Shown: positions 41,643 through 53,100 of the stretch, one piece after another
How positions within the stretch are numbered: position 1 is the stretch's first letter
How the letters are laid out: each line of letters opens with the position of its first letter
Assembly: GCA_963703345.1 (NCBI GenBank)
Contig: OY969814.1
Span: 512,001 to 576,000 of the forward strand
Direction of reading: 5' to 3'
Length of the DNA stretch: 64,000 bases
From: an uncultured Chloroflexia bacterium
Lineage (GTDB): Bacteria; Chloroflexota; Dehalococcoidia; DSTF01; JALHUB01
Notes under the pieces: model-generated
Told to the model about the DNA's origin: nothing
Database searches by the model: none
What the model saw: the letters and a program-made list of their open reading frames with translations, nothing else
Program-made: the position numbers and the translations under genes

Positions 41643-42599
41643 ATGTCTGACATCACTCATCGGATGATCACCGCGAACGGCATCAACATTCACATCGCGG
41701 AACAGGGTCAAGGCCCGCCTGTGCTGCTGCTGCACGGCTTCCCGGAGTTGTGGTACTCCTGGCGCCACCAACTCCCCGCGCTGGCTGACGCAGGGTATCA
41801 CGCCGTCGCGGCAGACGTGCGTGGCTACGGCCGCACGGACGCCCCTCAGCCGGTTGAGAGCTATTCGATGCGCAACCTAACGGGCGACGCTGTTGGCGTG
41901 CTGGACGCGCTCGGTGCCGAGAGGGCGGTCGTTGTCGGCCACGACTGGGGTGCGCCGATTGCCTGGCATTGCGCCCTCCTATATCCGGACCGTTTCTCGG
42001 CTGTGGTCGCGCTCAGCGTGCCGTACACGCGGCGTTCGCGGACGCCGCCAATTCAGGCGTTGAAGCGGATATTCACCGACAACTTCTTCTACATCCTCTA
42101 CTTCCAAGAGCCGGGGGTAGCGGAGGCCGAACTCGAGGCGGACGTCCAGAAGTCGATCCGCCTCACTCTGTACACGTGGTCCGGCGATGCGCCTAAGGGC
42201 GCAGCGTTCGCGTCGAAGCCGAAGAGCGCGAAGCTGCTCGAGGGGATGCCGGAACGCGATGAGCTACCCCGCTGGCTGACGGAGGCAGACCTGGCCTACT
42301 ATGTTGCGGAATTTGAGCGCACCGGCTTCCGCGGCGGACTCAACCGCTATCGCAACATGGACCGCGACTGGGAGGAGCTGGCGCATCTGGAAGATGCCAA
42401 AGTGCAGCAACCGGCTCTCTTCATCGCCGGCGACGGTGACCCCGTGCTCGGCTTCACAAGAATGGATGCGATGAGGACGGACGTGCCAAACCTGCGAAAG
42501 GTAGTGATGCTCCCAGGTTGTGGCCACTGGACGCAGCAGGAGCGTCCCTCCGAGGTCAACCAGGAGCTCCTCGAATTCCTGGCAGCACTCAAGCTCTGA
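41643..42599 (+). CDS. Epoxide hydrolase-like alpha/beta hydrolase
   Basis: HGFPE, GHDWG, GHWTQQE. Confidence 0.92.
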   Translation: MSDITHRMITANGINIHIAEQGQGPPVLLLHGFPELWYSWRHQLPALADAGYHAVAADVRGYGRTDAPQPVESYSMRNLTGDAVGVLDALGAERAVVVGHDWGAPIAWHCALLYPDRFSAVVALSVPYTRRSRTPPIQALKRIFTDNFFYILYFQEPGVAEAELEADVQKSIRLTLYTWSGDAPKGAAFASKPKSAKLLEGMPERDELPRWLTEADLAYYVAEFERTGFRGGLNRYRNMDRDWEELAHLEDAKVQQPALFIAGDGDPVLGFTRMDAMRTDVPNLRKVVMLPGCGHWTQQERPSEVNQELLEFLAALKL

Positions 42600-42812
42600 G
42601 ATCCTCTCCCTGCAGAGCGAGCATGAACACGGCTATCGTTCTTCGTTCGCCAGAGGAATAGCCCCGCTAGCGTGCACCGAGATCTGCTCCTCCTCTCCTC
42701 TCAGTCAGGAAGGCGTGGAGCGCCCGTTCCCAGCCCGCAGCCTCCTCGCCGATCGGGATGATGGCGGCTATCATGGCCGTTCTCCTTCGCAAGCGTAGGA
42801 TCACGACCGTAT

Positions 42813-42840
42813 TGCATTAGTGTGCGCGGAAGTCAAGGCG
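42813..42840 (+). repeat. 28-bp direct repeat, copy 2
   Basis: TGCATTAGTGTGCGCGGAAGTCAAGGCG. Confidence 0.8.
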
Positions 42841-42961
42841 ACGCCGAGGCTTGTCAGCCCATTCCCGTCATTTGCGATGGCAGAGGCGCGACGGTATACT
42901 CCAGCACAGCCGACCTGCCGATTCCGCAGAAGATCGGCAACACGAGTCCCAGATTGCTGTC

Positions 42962-45610
42962 ATGGATACTTCAAACTCCGAAGCACATGAGTGGCAAGAC
43001 CTCGACCTCGCCGCGGCGGCCCGACTCGAGACCTCGGCCGTACTCGAACAGTTGGGCAGCTCTGAGAACGGGCTCAGCGCGGCGGAGTCGACGACCCGCC
43101 TTGGGAAAGTAGGCCCTAACGCGGTCCGCAGCCACGGCGCGAGCGCTCTCGACGTACTGCTTCGCCAGGTCAAGAGCCCGTTGCTGATCCTGCTTGTCGC
43201 GGCCGCAGCCACGTCGCTGGTCGTTGGGCAGCGAACCGACTCCCTGATCATCTTTGCCATCATGGCCCTCAGTGTCGGGCTCGGGTTCTTCAATGAGTAC
43301 CGGGCCGCGCGCGCTGTAGAAGCGCTGCATTCTCGCATCCGTCACACCGCCGTCACGTCCCGCGACGGCAAAGCCGTCGAGGTCAATCTCACGGAACTGG
43401 TGCCTGGTGACATCGTGGGTCTCACTGTGGGCGAGGTGGTGCCGGCAGATATGCGACTCCTGGAAGCGAGCGACCTGGCCTGTGACGAGGCGATGCTGAC
43501 AGGCGAGGCGATGCCTGCGGAAAAGGGCATCGATCCCTCGCCTCCGTCCGAATCGCCCCTTGACCTGCCGTCGTGCGCATTCATGGGCACCGTAGTGCGT
43601 ACGGGCTCCGGCCGGGGTGTGGTGGTGCAGACGGGCCGGAACACAGCCTTCGGCCGCATCGCGGTGCGCCTCGGCGAGGCGCACGAGGAGACGGGCTTCC
43701 AGGTCGGGTTGCGCCACTTCTCTGTTCTGCTCGTGCAGGTCACAGCCGTTCTAACCATCTCCATCTTCGTGATCAATGCGGTGCTGCAGCGGCCGCTCCT
43801 GGAATCCGCGCTCTTCGCCCTGGCGATCGCGGTAGGGCTGACTCCCCAACTCTTGCCGGCGATCGTTACGGTCAGCCTCTCGACTGGGGCACGCCATCTG
43901 GCCCGCAAATCGGTCATCGTCAAGCGACTGGTCAGCATCGAGGATCTGGGTAACATCGAAGTCCTCTTCACCGACAAGACGGGCACGCTTACCGAGGGCG
44001 AGATCACCTTCTCAGCAGCGCTCGACATCGCGGGCAACCCGTCGAGCGATGTACTGCTAGACGGGCTGCTCTGCAACTCGGCGGTCCGCGACGCCGGCAG
44101 CGTCGTCGGGGGGAACCCCCTCGATCGCGCCCTCTGGGACGCCCCCGGGGCCGCGAGCAGCCCGGTATCGGGCTACGCGCGCCTCGCCGAGGCCCCATTC
44201 GACTATGACCGCCGGAGGATGTCGGTGCTCGTGCAAGACGGCAGCGGGCGCCGCATGATCATGACGAAGGGCGCGCCGGAGTCGGTGCTGGCGTGTTGCC
44301 ACGAGGTGGCGGCAGACGCTCGCACGCTGCTTGACGCCCAGTTCGAGGCCGGCAGCCGGATCATCGCTGTCGCGACGCGTGACGCAGACGGACTCTCGAC
44401 TCTCAGCCCCCAGGACGAGCATGATCTCGTCCTCGCCGGCTTCCTTTCGTTCGTCGACCGAGCAAAGGCCGGCGCAGGCGCGTCCATAGCGCGACTCAAC
44501 GCTCTGGGCATCACCGTTAAGATCGTCACCGGAGACAACGAGCGCGTAGCAAACAAGCTCTGCGCTGAGCTGGGGGTACCCGTGGCCGGCACGCTGACGG
44601 GCGCCGCGTTAGAAAAGCTCAACGATGACGAGCTCGTGGCGGCGTTACCCTCGACCTCGATCTTCGCCCGGGTGACGCCCGAACAGAAATCGCGGATAAT
44701 CCGCGCCCAACGCAAGCTCGGCGTCGACGTTGGCTTTCTCGGGGACGGCGTCAACGACGCAGTGGCCCTGCACGACGCCGACGTCGGCATCTCGGTGGAC
44801 TCTGGCACGGACGTGGCGAAGGATGCCGCCGACATTGTGCTGCTGGACAAGGACCTGGGCATCCTGGCCAACGGCGTCGTCGAGGGAAGGCGCGTATTCT
44901 CGAACACGATCAAGTACGTGCTAATGGGCACGTCATCCAACTTCGGCAACATGTTCAGCGCGGCCGGCGCCTCCCTCGTTCTGTCCTTCCTGCCGATGCT
45001 GCCGTTTCAGATACTCCTCAACAACCTCCTGTACGACATCAGTGAGATGACGATTCCTACGGACAATGTCGACGAGGAGCTGCTGCAGCGCCCGTCGTAT
45101 TGGGATACGGCTTTCATCCGCAAGTTCATGATGTTCTTCGGCCCGATTAGCTCCGCGTACGACTTCATCACCTTTGGCGTCATGCTGTGGGTCTTCAACG
45201 CTGGCGAAGTGCTGTTCCACTCCGCATGGTTCGTCGAGTCGCTCGCCACGCAGACGCTGGTGATCTTCATCATCCGCACCAGGCGCATTCCCTTCTTCCA
45301 TAGTCGTCCCAGCCTCCCTTTGCTGGCGACGACGCTTACCTGCGCCATCGTTGGCCTGGTGCTCCCTTTCTCACCGGTTGCGGGCGTGCTGGGGTTCACC
45401 GCGCTTCCGGCCGGCTTTCTGGGAATCCTGGTGCTGATGATCGTGACCTATCTGGGTCTGGTCGAGGCGGGGAAGTCCCGGTTCTTCCGACCTGTGCCGG
45501 GTAAGCAGCCTCTGGCCCGGCCGCGGGGGAAATGGGAGAGGCGGATTCACCGGGTTGCGGCGCGCTGGAGCCACCCGAAGCTTCCCGGGGCCAGGGCTAC
45601 CCCACGATAG
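42962..45610 (+). CDS. mgtA: Mg2+-translocating P-type ATPase (start approximate)
   Basis: AVGLTPQ, DKTGTLT, TGDN, GDGVND, SSNFGN, NNLLYD. Confidence 0.9.
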   Translation: MDTSNSEAHEWQDLDLAAAARLETSAVLEQLGSSENGLSAAESTTRLGKVGPNAVRSHGASALDVLLRQVKSPLLILLVAAAATSLVVGQRTDSLIIFAIMALSVGLGFFNEYRAARAVEALHSRIRHTAVTSRDGKAVEVNLTELVPGDIVGLTVGEVVPADMRLLEASDLACDEAMLTGEAMPAEKGIDPSPPSESPLDLPSCAFMGTVVRTGSGRGVVVQTGRNTAFGRIAVRLGEAHEETGFQVGLRHFSVLLVQVTAVLTISIFVINAVLQRPLLESALFALAIAVGLTPQLLPAIVTVSLSTGARHLARKSVIVKRLVSIEDLGNIEVLFTDKTGTLTEGEITFSAALDIAGNPSSDVLLDGLLCNSAVRDAGSVVGGNPLDRALWDAPGAASSPVSGYARLAEAPFDYDRRRMSVLVQDGSGRRMIMTKGAPESVLACCHEVAADARTLLDAQFEAGSRIIAVATRDADGLSTLSPQDEHDLVLAGFLSFVDRAKAGAGASIARLNALGITVKIVTGDNERVANKLCAELGVPVAGTLTGAALEKLNDDELVAALPSTSIFARVTPEQKSRIIRAQRKLGVDVGFLGDGVNDAVALHDADVGISVDSGTDVAKDAADIVLLDKDLGILANGVVEGRRVFSNTIKYVLMGTSSNFGNMFSAAGASLVLSFLPMLPFQILLNNLLYDISEMTIPTDNVDEELLQRPSYWDTAFIRKFMMFFGPISSAYDFITFGVMLWVFNAGEVLFHSAWFVESLATQTLVIFIIRTRRIPFFHSRPSLPLLATTLTCAIVGLVLPFSPVAGVLGFTALPAGFLGILVLMIVTYLGLVEAGKSRFFRPVPGKQPLARPRGKWERRIHRVAARWSHPKLPGARATPR

Positions 45611-45892
45611 TCTGAGGTGCCTAGAGGGAGGGAATCTCGCTGCGTTCTGAACCGCTCAGACCATCGCGGCAGTTCACCGACTGACAGGGGATTCGGGAGC
45701 TCTCGCGGGACACCAACCACACTTCGTGTGCGCTCGTCCTGCCTCTGGCTTGATCCCCGGACCCGTGACTGGCGCTCCAGGTTCGTGCGCCCCTGATCCC
45801 CAATCAGCAACGAAAACCGTGCCATTCCTCTGGATTCACCGTTCGTCGCGGCGTAGTATCGGCGGAGACGCGCGAAGTGCGAGGAGGGAATC

Positions 45893-46900
45893 ATGGAGTA
45901 CCGTTCGTTCGGACGGACTGGCGTGAAAGTAAGCAGCCTCTGTCTCGGCTGCATGATGTTCGGCGGCAGGACAGACCCCGCCGAATCGCAGAAGATCATC
46001 GACCGGGCGCTCGAGGCAGGCATCAATTTCATCGATACCGCAAACGTCTACAGCCTGGGCAAGAGCGAAGAAGCGACCGGCGAAGCACTCAAACGCAACA
46101 GAAGACGAGGGGACGTGGTCTTGGCGACGAAGGTGCATTGGAAGATGGGGGAAGGCGTGAACGACTGGGGCAACAGCCGCCGCCACATCATCGAGCAGTG
46201 CGAAGCAAGCCTCCGCCGTTTGCAGACCGACTCCATCGACCTCTATCAGATCCACCGCCCTCAGCCCGACATCCCGATCGACGAAGCGCTGCGTGCCCTC
46301 GACGATCTGATACACGCTGGCAAGGTGCGCTACATCGGCAGCAGCACTTTTGCAGCCTGGCAGGTGGTCGAGTCGTTGTGGGTCGCGAAGGAGCTCGGCC
46401 TGAATCGATTTGTGTCGGAGCAGCCGCCGTACAATCTCCTCGACCGTCGGATTGAGCGTGAGCTGCTGCCTATGGCGCGGACGTTCGGCCTCGCCGTCAT
46501 ACCGTGGAGCCCGCTTGCGGGCGGCCTCCTGACCGGCAAGTACCAGCGCGGTGAGGAGCCGCCTCCTGGCAGCCGGTTCGAGGATTACGAGAACAACCCA
46601 CTCCTCAGACGTCGCATGAGTGAGCGAATCTATGATGTTGTCGAAGGGTTGCAGCCGCTGGCTGAAGAGAGGGGCGTCGCACTGTCCCAGTTCGCCCTGG
46701 CCTGGTGCATGCAACGACCGGGCGTGACGAGCCCGATCATCGGCCCGCGCACGCTGGAGCAACTCGAAGACAACCTTGGTGCCCTCGAAGTCACATTCAC
46801 CGAAGAGGAACTGAAGCGCATCGATCGCATCGCCCGCCGCGGCGACGCTGTCGCTCCCTTCTACGAGGCGGACTTTGGCCCGCACCCGTATCGGATTTGA
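45893..46900 (+). CDS. Aldo/keto reductase
   Basis: LGCMMFG, DTANVY, IDLYQIH, PWSPL. Confidence 0.93.
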   Translation: MEYRSFGRTGVKVSSLCLGCMMFGGRTDPAESQKIIDRALEAGINFIDTANVYSLGKSEEATGEALKRNRRRGDVVLATKVHWKMGEGVNDWGNSRRHIIEQCEASLRRLQTDSIDLYQIHRPQPDIPIDEALRALDDLIHAGKVRYIGSSTFAAWQVVESLWVAKELGLNRFVSEQPPYNLLDRRIERELLPMARTFGLAVIPWSPLAGGLLTGKYQRGEEPPPGSRFEDYENNPLLRRRMSERIYDVVEGLQPLAEERGVALSQFALAWCMQRPGVTSPIIGPRTLEQLEDNLGALEVTFTEEELKRIDRIARRGDAVAPFYEADFGPHPYRI

Positions 46901-47300
46901 GAGAGGGCTCCTCCTCCCAAACGGTGGCAGGGGGCAGGGGCGATATGGTGGTACTGAGTCGGCGAAGGCCGGATGTTGAGACAAGCTTCTCTCTGTAATG
47001 TTACTCTTCGGACTCAGGGTACCTTGAGGTCCCTTAGTGTGCGTCCCCGCAACACCGGGGTCCGGGCGCTGGTGCACCCGAGGCGCTGCTGCCTCGGGAA
47101 AGCGACGCAGCTCTCTCACACCAGATGCTACCTGTACGAGTAACATAGAGGGCGGACTCGTTTTTGGGGGGGCGGGTCTGCTCATCTTCTCGCGAAACTG
47201 GACTGCTTGGGTCGAGCCTTCCCTCGCGCTTGACAATTTCGGCACCAAGACTAAGATAGCTCTGCAACTCTCGGTCCATCCATCATCGGGAGTGATCCTG

Positions 47301-47405
47301 ATGGCCCAAGGCTGGAACACCGTCCGCGTGTTCATCTCATCCACCTTCCGCGACATGCACGCGGAGCGGGACTACCTGGTCAGAGTCGTCTTCCCCGAGC
47401 TGCTG
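47301..47405 (+). pseudogene. N-terminal fragment of a DUF4062-domain gene
   Basis: [34 protein letters not shown], then similarity stops. Confidence 0.75.
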
Positions 47406-47459
47406 TACGGGGCAGGGACGGATGCCCGCCAGGGGACTTGTCCAGCCGGCGCAGCCAGC

Positions 47460-48509
47460 TTAGGGTCGTGCCTCGTAGAAAGCGTGCGGGGGGTGAGGCA
47501 GGTCCAACCGCCGGAAGCGCGTGAACCCTGCGGCGCTCACGAGTTCGCGCATGGCCGGCTCGGGGAGGCCGAGAGTTCCGAGCCCAGCACCGCCTGGTTC
47601 AGACAGCCCTGAGGACATGCAAACGAGAACGGATATCGCGTATAACTGGGGCGCCAGTGGATTCCTCAGATTCTCCTCAAAGGTGGGCGCGGTGTTGAAG
47701 TCGATAATGAACCAAGTGCCATCGGGGCTGACCGCCCAGCGGATGGCGGCCGCCACCTCTTCGGGTCGCGTCATGTCATGGAGACAGTCGAGCGTAGTGA
47801 CCAGGTCGAAGCTTGCGTCCGCCGGGAGGGGCTCCAGAGCCACGTTGTGAAAGGTAACGTTCGACTGTCCGGCTTCGTTCCGGTTGGCTTCGGCGCGGAG
47901 CAACGCATACTCCGAGATCTCATAGCCGTGGAATTCGGACGAGGGGAAGGCCCTAGCCATCTCAATGAGGGCAATGCCGGTGCCGCATCCTACGTCGGCG
48001 ACCCGCCCGCCCGCCCTCAGCTTGTCCACCACCCCGTCGAGCATCGGCAACGCTGTGGAGACGAGTTCCTGATGGTACCAGTTGCGCAGTGTCTGCTCGT
48101 ACGCATTGGCCATCTCGGGGCCACCGTCATCCCAGGTCAGGCCGAGGCCGGTGCGGAAAGCCTCCGGCAGTCGCCGCGCTCCATCCATGCTGAGCGGCAA
48201 GGAATAGAAGCTGGGGCCCAGGAACAGCGCGTGGTCCTCGTCGGCGAGGAGAAGCGTGGCCGCCGGCGAGAGTTCGAACCGATAATCGTCGCGATAGTAG
48301 ACCACGCCAGCCGCGGCCTGTCCTCGCAGCCACTCGCGTAGCCACCGTTCGTGGAGTCCGGTGTGACCGGCGAGTTCCTCGCTGGTAGCGGCGCCAGTCT
48401 CCTTGAGCGCCCGGTACAGCCCGAGTCTGAGCCCGACGAGAATCATGATGGATACGTGGGCCCCGACCATCAGCCCCACCAGGCGGTCTATTGACGCTCG
48501 GGCCCTCAT
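47460..48509 (-). CDS. wHTH + SAM methyltransferase (Rv2258c-like)
   Basis: [32 protein letters not shown]. Confidence 0.87.
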   Translation of the reverse strand: MRARASIDRLVGLMVGAHVSIMILVGLRLGLYRALKETGAATSEELAGHTGLHERWLREWLRGQAAAGVVYYRDDYRFELSPAATLLLADEDHALFLGPSFYSLPLSMDGARRLPEAFRTGLGLTWDDGGPEMANAYEQTLRNWYHQELVSTALPMLDGVVDKLRAGGRVADVGCGTGIALIEMARAFPSSEFHGYEISEYALLRAEANRNEAGQSNVTFHNVALEPLPADASFDLVTTLDCLHDMTRPEEVAAAIRWAVSPDGTWFIIDFNTAPTFEENLRNPLAPQLYAISVLVCMSSGLSEPGGAGLGTLGLPEPAMRELVSAAGFTRFRRLDLPHPPHAFYEARP

Positions 48510-48644
48510 CGGGGACCGGCGCCTGGCCCGTCGTCATGACGTACCTCCCCTCAACGCGCAATCCACAGCAGCCCTACCCTAGACGATCGACATCTTCCGT
48601 GCACGGATACGGGGTATGCGGCGCTACCAGTTCGGCAAACCGCA

Positions 48645-50021
48645 TTACGACGACTCCCTCCAGTGCACCTCGTACAGCCGCACGGGGCCCTCGAAGCCGC
48701 GCAGCGCGGCCTCGCCCCGGTCGGCGAAGAGGAACCCCTTGCCTGCCACCAACTGTCGCACGACGTCCGAGGCTAGTATCTCCTCGCCCTTCGCCTGCGC
48801 CGCGATGCGAGCCGCCATAATGACCGCCGTCCCGAACAGGTCCTCGTCCTCCGCTATCGGCTCGCCCGCGTTCAGCCCCATACGGACGCGTATCAGCGTC
48901 TCCGGGTGCTCATCATCGTGGGCGGCGAAGGCCCTCTGCATGGCAACGGCGCACTCCAGCGCCCGCGTCGCCGATGAGAACGATGCCATGAACCCGTCCC
49001 CCATCGCCTTCACCTCCGCGCCACCGTGGGTCCTGAGCGCATCGCGGACGATGCCGTTGTGGGTGCGCAGGAGCTCCTGGGCCTTGGCATCCCCCAGGCG
49101 CTGGGTAAGGGTTGTGGAGCCCTCTATGTCGGTGAAGAGGATGGTGAGAGGCCCCGACGGAGCGGCTACCGTCTCCGACCTCTCGCTCACGCCTACGAAC
49201 TCCGCGATAGCCTTGTACCCAGCCTCGATCATAGGGTCGCCGGGCAGAAGGGTGTGACTTCTGCCCTCCATGGGGAGGAAGCGGGCCCCGGGTATGCTGG
49301 TCGCCAGCTCGCGGCCGGCCTCAAAGGGTACGATGGTGTCGCCGCGACGGTGAGCTACCAGGGTGGGCGCTGTCACCTGCGGCAAAAGATGCCTCACGTC
49401 GATCTCCGCCAGGGCGGATATAAAGGCAGCGGCGTTCTCGGCCGAAGTGGAAACTCGCTGCAGTTCATTGAACTGCCGTATCGACTCCGCGTCCGCGTCC
49501 GGCATGAACAGGCTCGTAAACAACTGGCGGAACGCTGGCAAATCGCTGTCCCACCCCTGGCGGATCAGGGTCAACATGGCTTCAAGCCCTTGGCGGGCTT
49601 CCTGCGTGTCGAGCAGCCAAGCCTCGCGAGCCCAGGAGCCGTAGAGTATGAGGTGGCTGACCCGCTCTGGGTGGCGCACGGCATACGTGATGGCCGTCGC
49701 GCCCCCCTGAGAGATCCCTTGCAGGGCGAAGCGGTCAAGCCCCAGGGCATCAACCACCGCCTCCAGGTCGCGCAGCTGGGCTTCCAGGGAATAGTCGCTC
49801 ACTCGGCGGTCCGACAACCCCATGCCGCGGCCATCATAGCGGATGAGCCGAAAGAAACGGGAACCAGCGTCGATGGAATAGCGCCCCAGCGGGTTCTCCC
49901 ACTCATACTCCAAGTGGGTCATCCAGCCCTGGGCGCGAACCAGCGCAGGCCCCTGGCCCACCATGGCGTAGGCTATGCGCGTCCCATCCGAGCTGGTGCA
50001 GAAGCGGATATGCTGCTCCAT
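48645..50021 (-). CDS. Alpha/beta hydrolase + class III nucleotide cyclase fusion (LipJ-like)
   Basis: YDGRGMG, GISQGG; FTDIEGST, GDG, GTAVIMAARI. Confidence 0.9.
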   Translation of the reverse strand: MEQHIRFCTSSDGTRIAYAMVGQGPALVRAQGWMTHLEYEWENPLGRYSIDAGSRFFRLIRYDGRGMGLSDRRVSDYSLEAQLRDLEAVVDALGLDRFALQGISQGGATAITYAVRHPERVSHLILYGSWAREAWLLDTQEARQGLEAMLTLIRQGWDSDLPAFRQLFTSLFMPDADAESIRQFNELQRVSTSAENAAAFISALAEIDVRHLLPQVTAPTLVAHRRGDTIVPFEAGRELATSIPGARFLPMEGRSHTLLPGDPMIEAGYKAIAEFVGVSERSETVAAPSGPLTILFTDIEGSTTLTQRLGDAKAQELLRTHNGIVRDALRTHGGAEVKAMGDGFMASFSSATRALECAVAMQRAFAAHDDEHPETLIRVRMGLNAGEPIAEDEDLFGTAVIMAARIAAQAKGEEILASDVVRQLVAGKGFLFADRGEAALRGFEGPVRLYEVHWRESS

Positions 50022-50142
50022 GGCGACACCTTTCATGCTCGCTGCGTTCCCCAAGAGTGGCCTGGCGAACAACCGGAATCAGCGCTCTGCGCAGTATGCA
50101 ACCCGTTATTGCTGCGGCTCCTCAGCCCGGTCTCTTCCCACT

Positions 50143-53100
50143 CTACGGCCTAGCCAGCAGCGCTTCCGCCATCTCCACGTGCTTGGGCATGCCGATGCGG
50201 CGATACATGGCGATGGCCTCGGTGAGGAGCTCGCGGGCCTTCTCGCAGTCGCCGGGGGCGTCGCGGTCGATGAGCATGCGGGCGTACCAGCGCCGCACCT
50301 CCGGCTGCTGGATGACGTGGGGCAGCTCGTGGGCCTGGCGCAGGGCCGTCTGGTAGTGCTCCTCCGCCTTCTCCCAGTGTTCCCCGGCCGCCGCCGCCAT
50401 CCCCGCCACAGCATGAAGTAACGGAGAGTACCAAAGAACGACGGCTCCGGTATCGACGGCCTCCAGGACCAACGGGTAGAGCTTCGCGGCCTTCTCTCGT
50501 TCACCGAGGACGGTAAGCCCTTCGACCGCCGCGAAGAGCATCGCCCAGGCCCCTATCACGTTGGCCCGGCCGGGCCGCGGCAGCTTCTCCCGACTCTGCT
50601 CCAGCACCGCAAAGGCTGAATCTCTGTCCCCAACGTATGCCTCCCCCAGGAAGAGAGCCCCCCAGTCATAGCCGGCGAGGACCCCTGGCGGCTCCAGGTT
50701 GGCCGCCTCCTGGTATTGCGCGAGCGCCTGCCCCCACTCTCCCCTCCAGAAATGTACGTCGCCAAGGTAGGTATAGGCGTTGGATATCGCGTTGCTGCCG
50801 GTTCTGCGGCAGAGCTCCAGGTCCGCCTTCGCGTACTCCTCGAACCTTTTGATGTCGCCCGTGACCATGAACTGTCCGTTGACTATACCGCGCCTGACCG
50901 ATAGGAGGGCGCCCAGATAGCCCAGACGCGTGGCCAGCGGCTCCACCTCGCGGCCGATCTCGGCGGCTTCGGTGAGGCGGCCGAGATACAACAGCGCGTA
51001 CTGGGTGTTCCAAGAAATATCAGTCAAGCTGCCGAGGTCTCCGGTTTGCCGCAGGATATCCGCCGCCCGCAGGCCGGCGTTGACCGCGTCTAGCGGCTGC
51101 AAGTGCCAGCCGTGGTGGACGGTCTTGTACCCTAGGACCTGCCCCAGTAGGCGCTGATCGCCCAGCGTCTCAGCCATGGTCAGGGCCTCGTCAAGCAGCG
51201 AGGCGCCCGCGCTGTAATCGCCGGAGAGGCTGAGGTGCGACCCAGTGTGGGCGAGAAGGCGGCAGCGGTCGGCGCTTACCCGCTCGCCCAAGGCGGCCAG
51301 GCCACGCCGCCCGATCTCCAGAGATTCGGCCAGCTTGCCGCTGTAGGCCAATTGCAGGGCCAATGCGAAGGAGACGTGGCCCGCCGCCTCGGCGTTTCCC
51401 AACTCGTCGTAGGCGGCCAGCGCCTCGCGCCAATCGGCCATCGCCTCCTCCCAGCGGCCCAGGCTGCGCAGGGCCAGCCCCCGTTTGTAGAGCAGGTCGG
51501 CCCTCCCTCTCTGGTCATCGGCCGGCTGCAAGGAGAGAGCGTCGTCGTAGTGGCGCAGGGCATCCTCGAAGGCCGCTGCCTCCATGGCTCTCTTTCCCGC
51601 CACCGTCAGGTAGCGCGCCGTCTTCTCGGGGTCGGCGGCGGCCCCCGCCTGGTAGAAATGGTGGGCCAGGTCGGTGGCATGCTCCTCCAGGGTGCGGGCG
51701 TAGAGCCGCTCCATCGCCTCGGCTACCCGCAGGTGCCGCCGCTGCCGCCGGGGCAGTGAGAGGCTGCTGACCAGCGTCTGGCGGATAAGCTCGTGGGCGA
51801 AGCTGAAGCGGGCCTCAGGGCCGTCGGCGGTGGAGGTGATGAGGTGGGCCCGCTCCGCCTCGTCGATGGCGTCCAGAAGGGCGTCGGTGCCCACATCGCC
51901 CAGCGCATCCAGCAGCTCGAAGCTGAAGCTGCGGCCGATGACGGCGGCGACGGTCAGGACCCGCCGGCAGTCCTCGCAGACGCGCTCCAGCCGCCGCCCG
52001 ATGACCAGGCGGACCCCCTCCGGCACGTTCAGCTCGCTCACGCGGAGACCAGGGTGCCAGCGGCCTTGAGCGTCGAACAGCTTTCCCTCCTCTGCCAGAT
52101 GCTGGAACACCTCCTCGACGAAGAAGGGGTTGCCCTCCGTCTCACCATAGACGGCCTGCACCAGCGAGGCCGGCGGCTCCTGGCCGCTGAGGGCCTCCAG
52201 CATCGCCGCCACGCCCGCCTCAGGCAGCCGCCGCAGGGCGATGCGGTGGGCCAGGCGCTGGCGGAGGAGCTCCTCCAGGGCCCTGGCCAAGGGGTGGCCC
52301 ACGTCCAGCTCCACGTCTCGATAGGTGCCCAGGATCATCAGGGGCATCTGGCTAACCTGCTGGGCGATGTGCTGCATCAGCAGCAGGGTCGAGTCGTCGG
52401 CCCAGTGCAGATCGTCCAGCACCAAGAGTATGGGCTGCACGCGGGCCGCCCGCTCCAGGAACTCCTGAAAGCTGTTGAACAGATAGCGCCGCTCCTGCTC
52501 AGGCGGCAGCTCCAGAGGCGGTGGGATGTCGGGGAAGAGGCGGCGCAGCTCCGGCATCAACTTGGCTACCTCTGGCGCCGCATCGCCCAGGGCCTCCCGA
52601 AAAGCCTCTCCCGGAACGATGCGAGCCGTACCCTCCAGCGTCTCCACGAAGGGAATGTAGGGCGGTGCCCCCTCCATCTCGTAGCAGTGTCCGGTCAGGG
52701 CCAGCACCCCACGCTGGCGGGCCTCCAGCAGCAGTTCCTCAGCGAGACGTGTCTTGCCCACGCCGGGCTCGCCGCCGATCAAGACCAGGGCGCCCCGACC
52801 GCGGGTCACCTGGTCGAGGCAGCGCCGGAGCTCCGCCCGTTCCGCCTCCCGGCCTACGAAGGGTGTCCGCTCGGGAAGGCGTAGCCCTGCCGGTCCGATG
52901 GCTTCCTCCTCCCACGACACCCTATGAAGCCGCATAGGCCTGGGGAAGCCCTTGAGCTCCACCTCTCCACGGTCCTCCAGTTCCACCTTCGTCGCCTCGC
53001 CCAGGACACCTTTGGCGGTCTCCGAGATCAGAATCTCGCCGGCATCGGCGTGGTCGGCGATGCGGGCAGCCGCGTTCACCGTCGCCCCGAACAGGTCCGT

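Noticed and set aside
42600-42961. M-box riboswitch before mgtA
   Set aside because: No ykoK core sequence recognised
47034-47279. ORF with YVTRTG resembling a metal-binding motif
   Set aside because: Rest of the motif is missing; too weak to call
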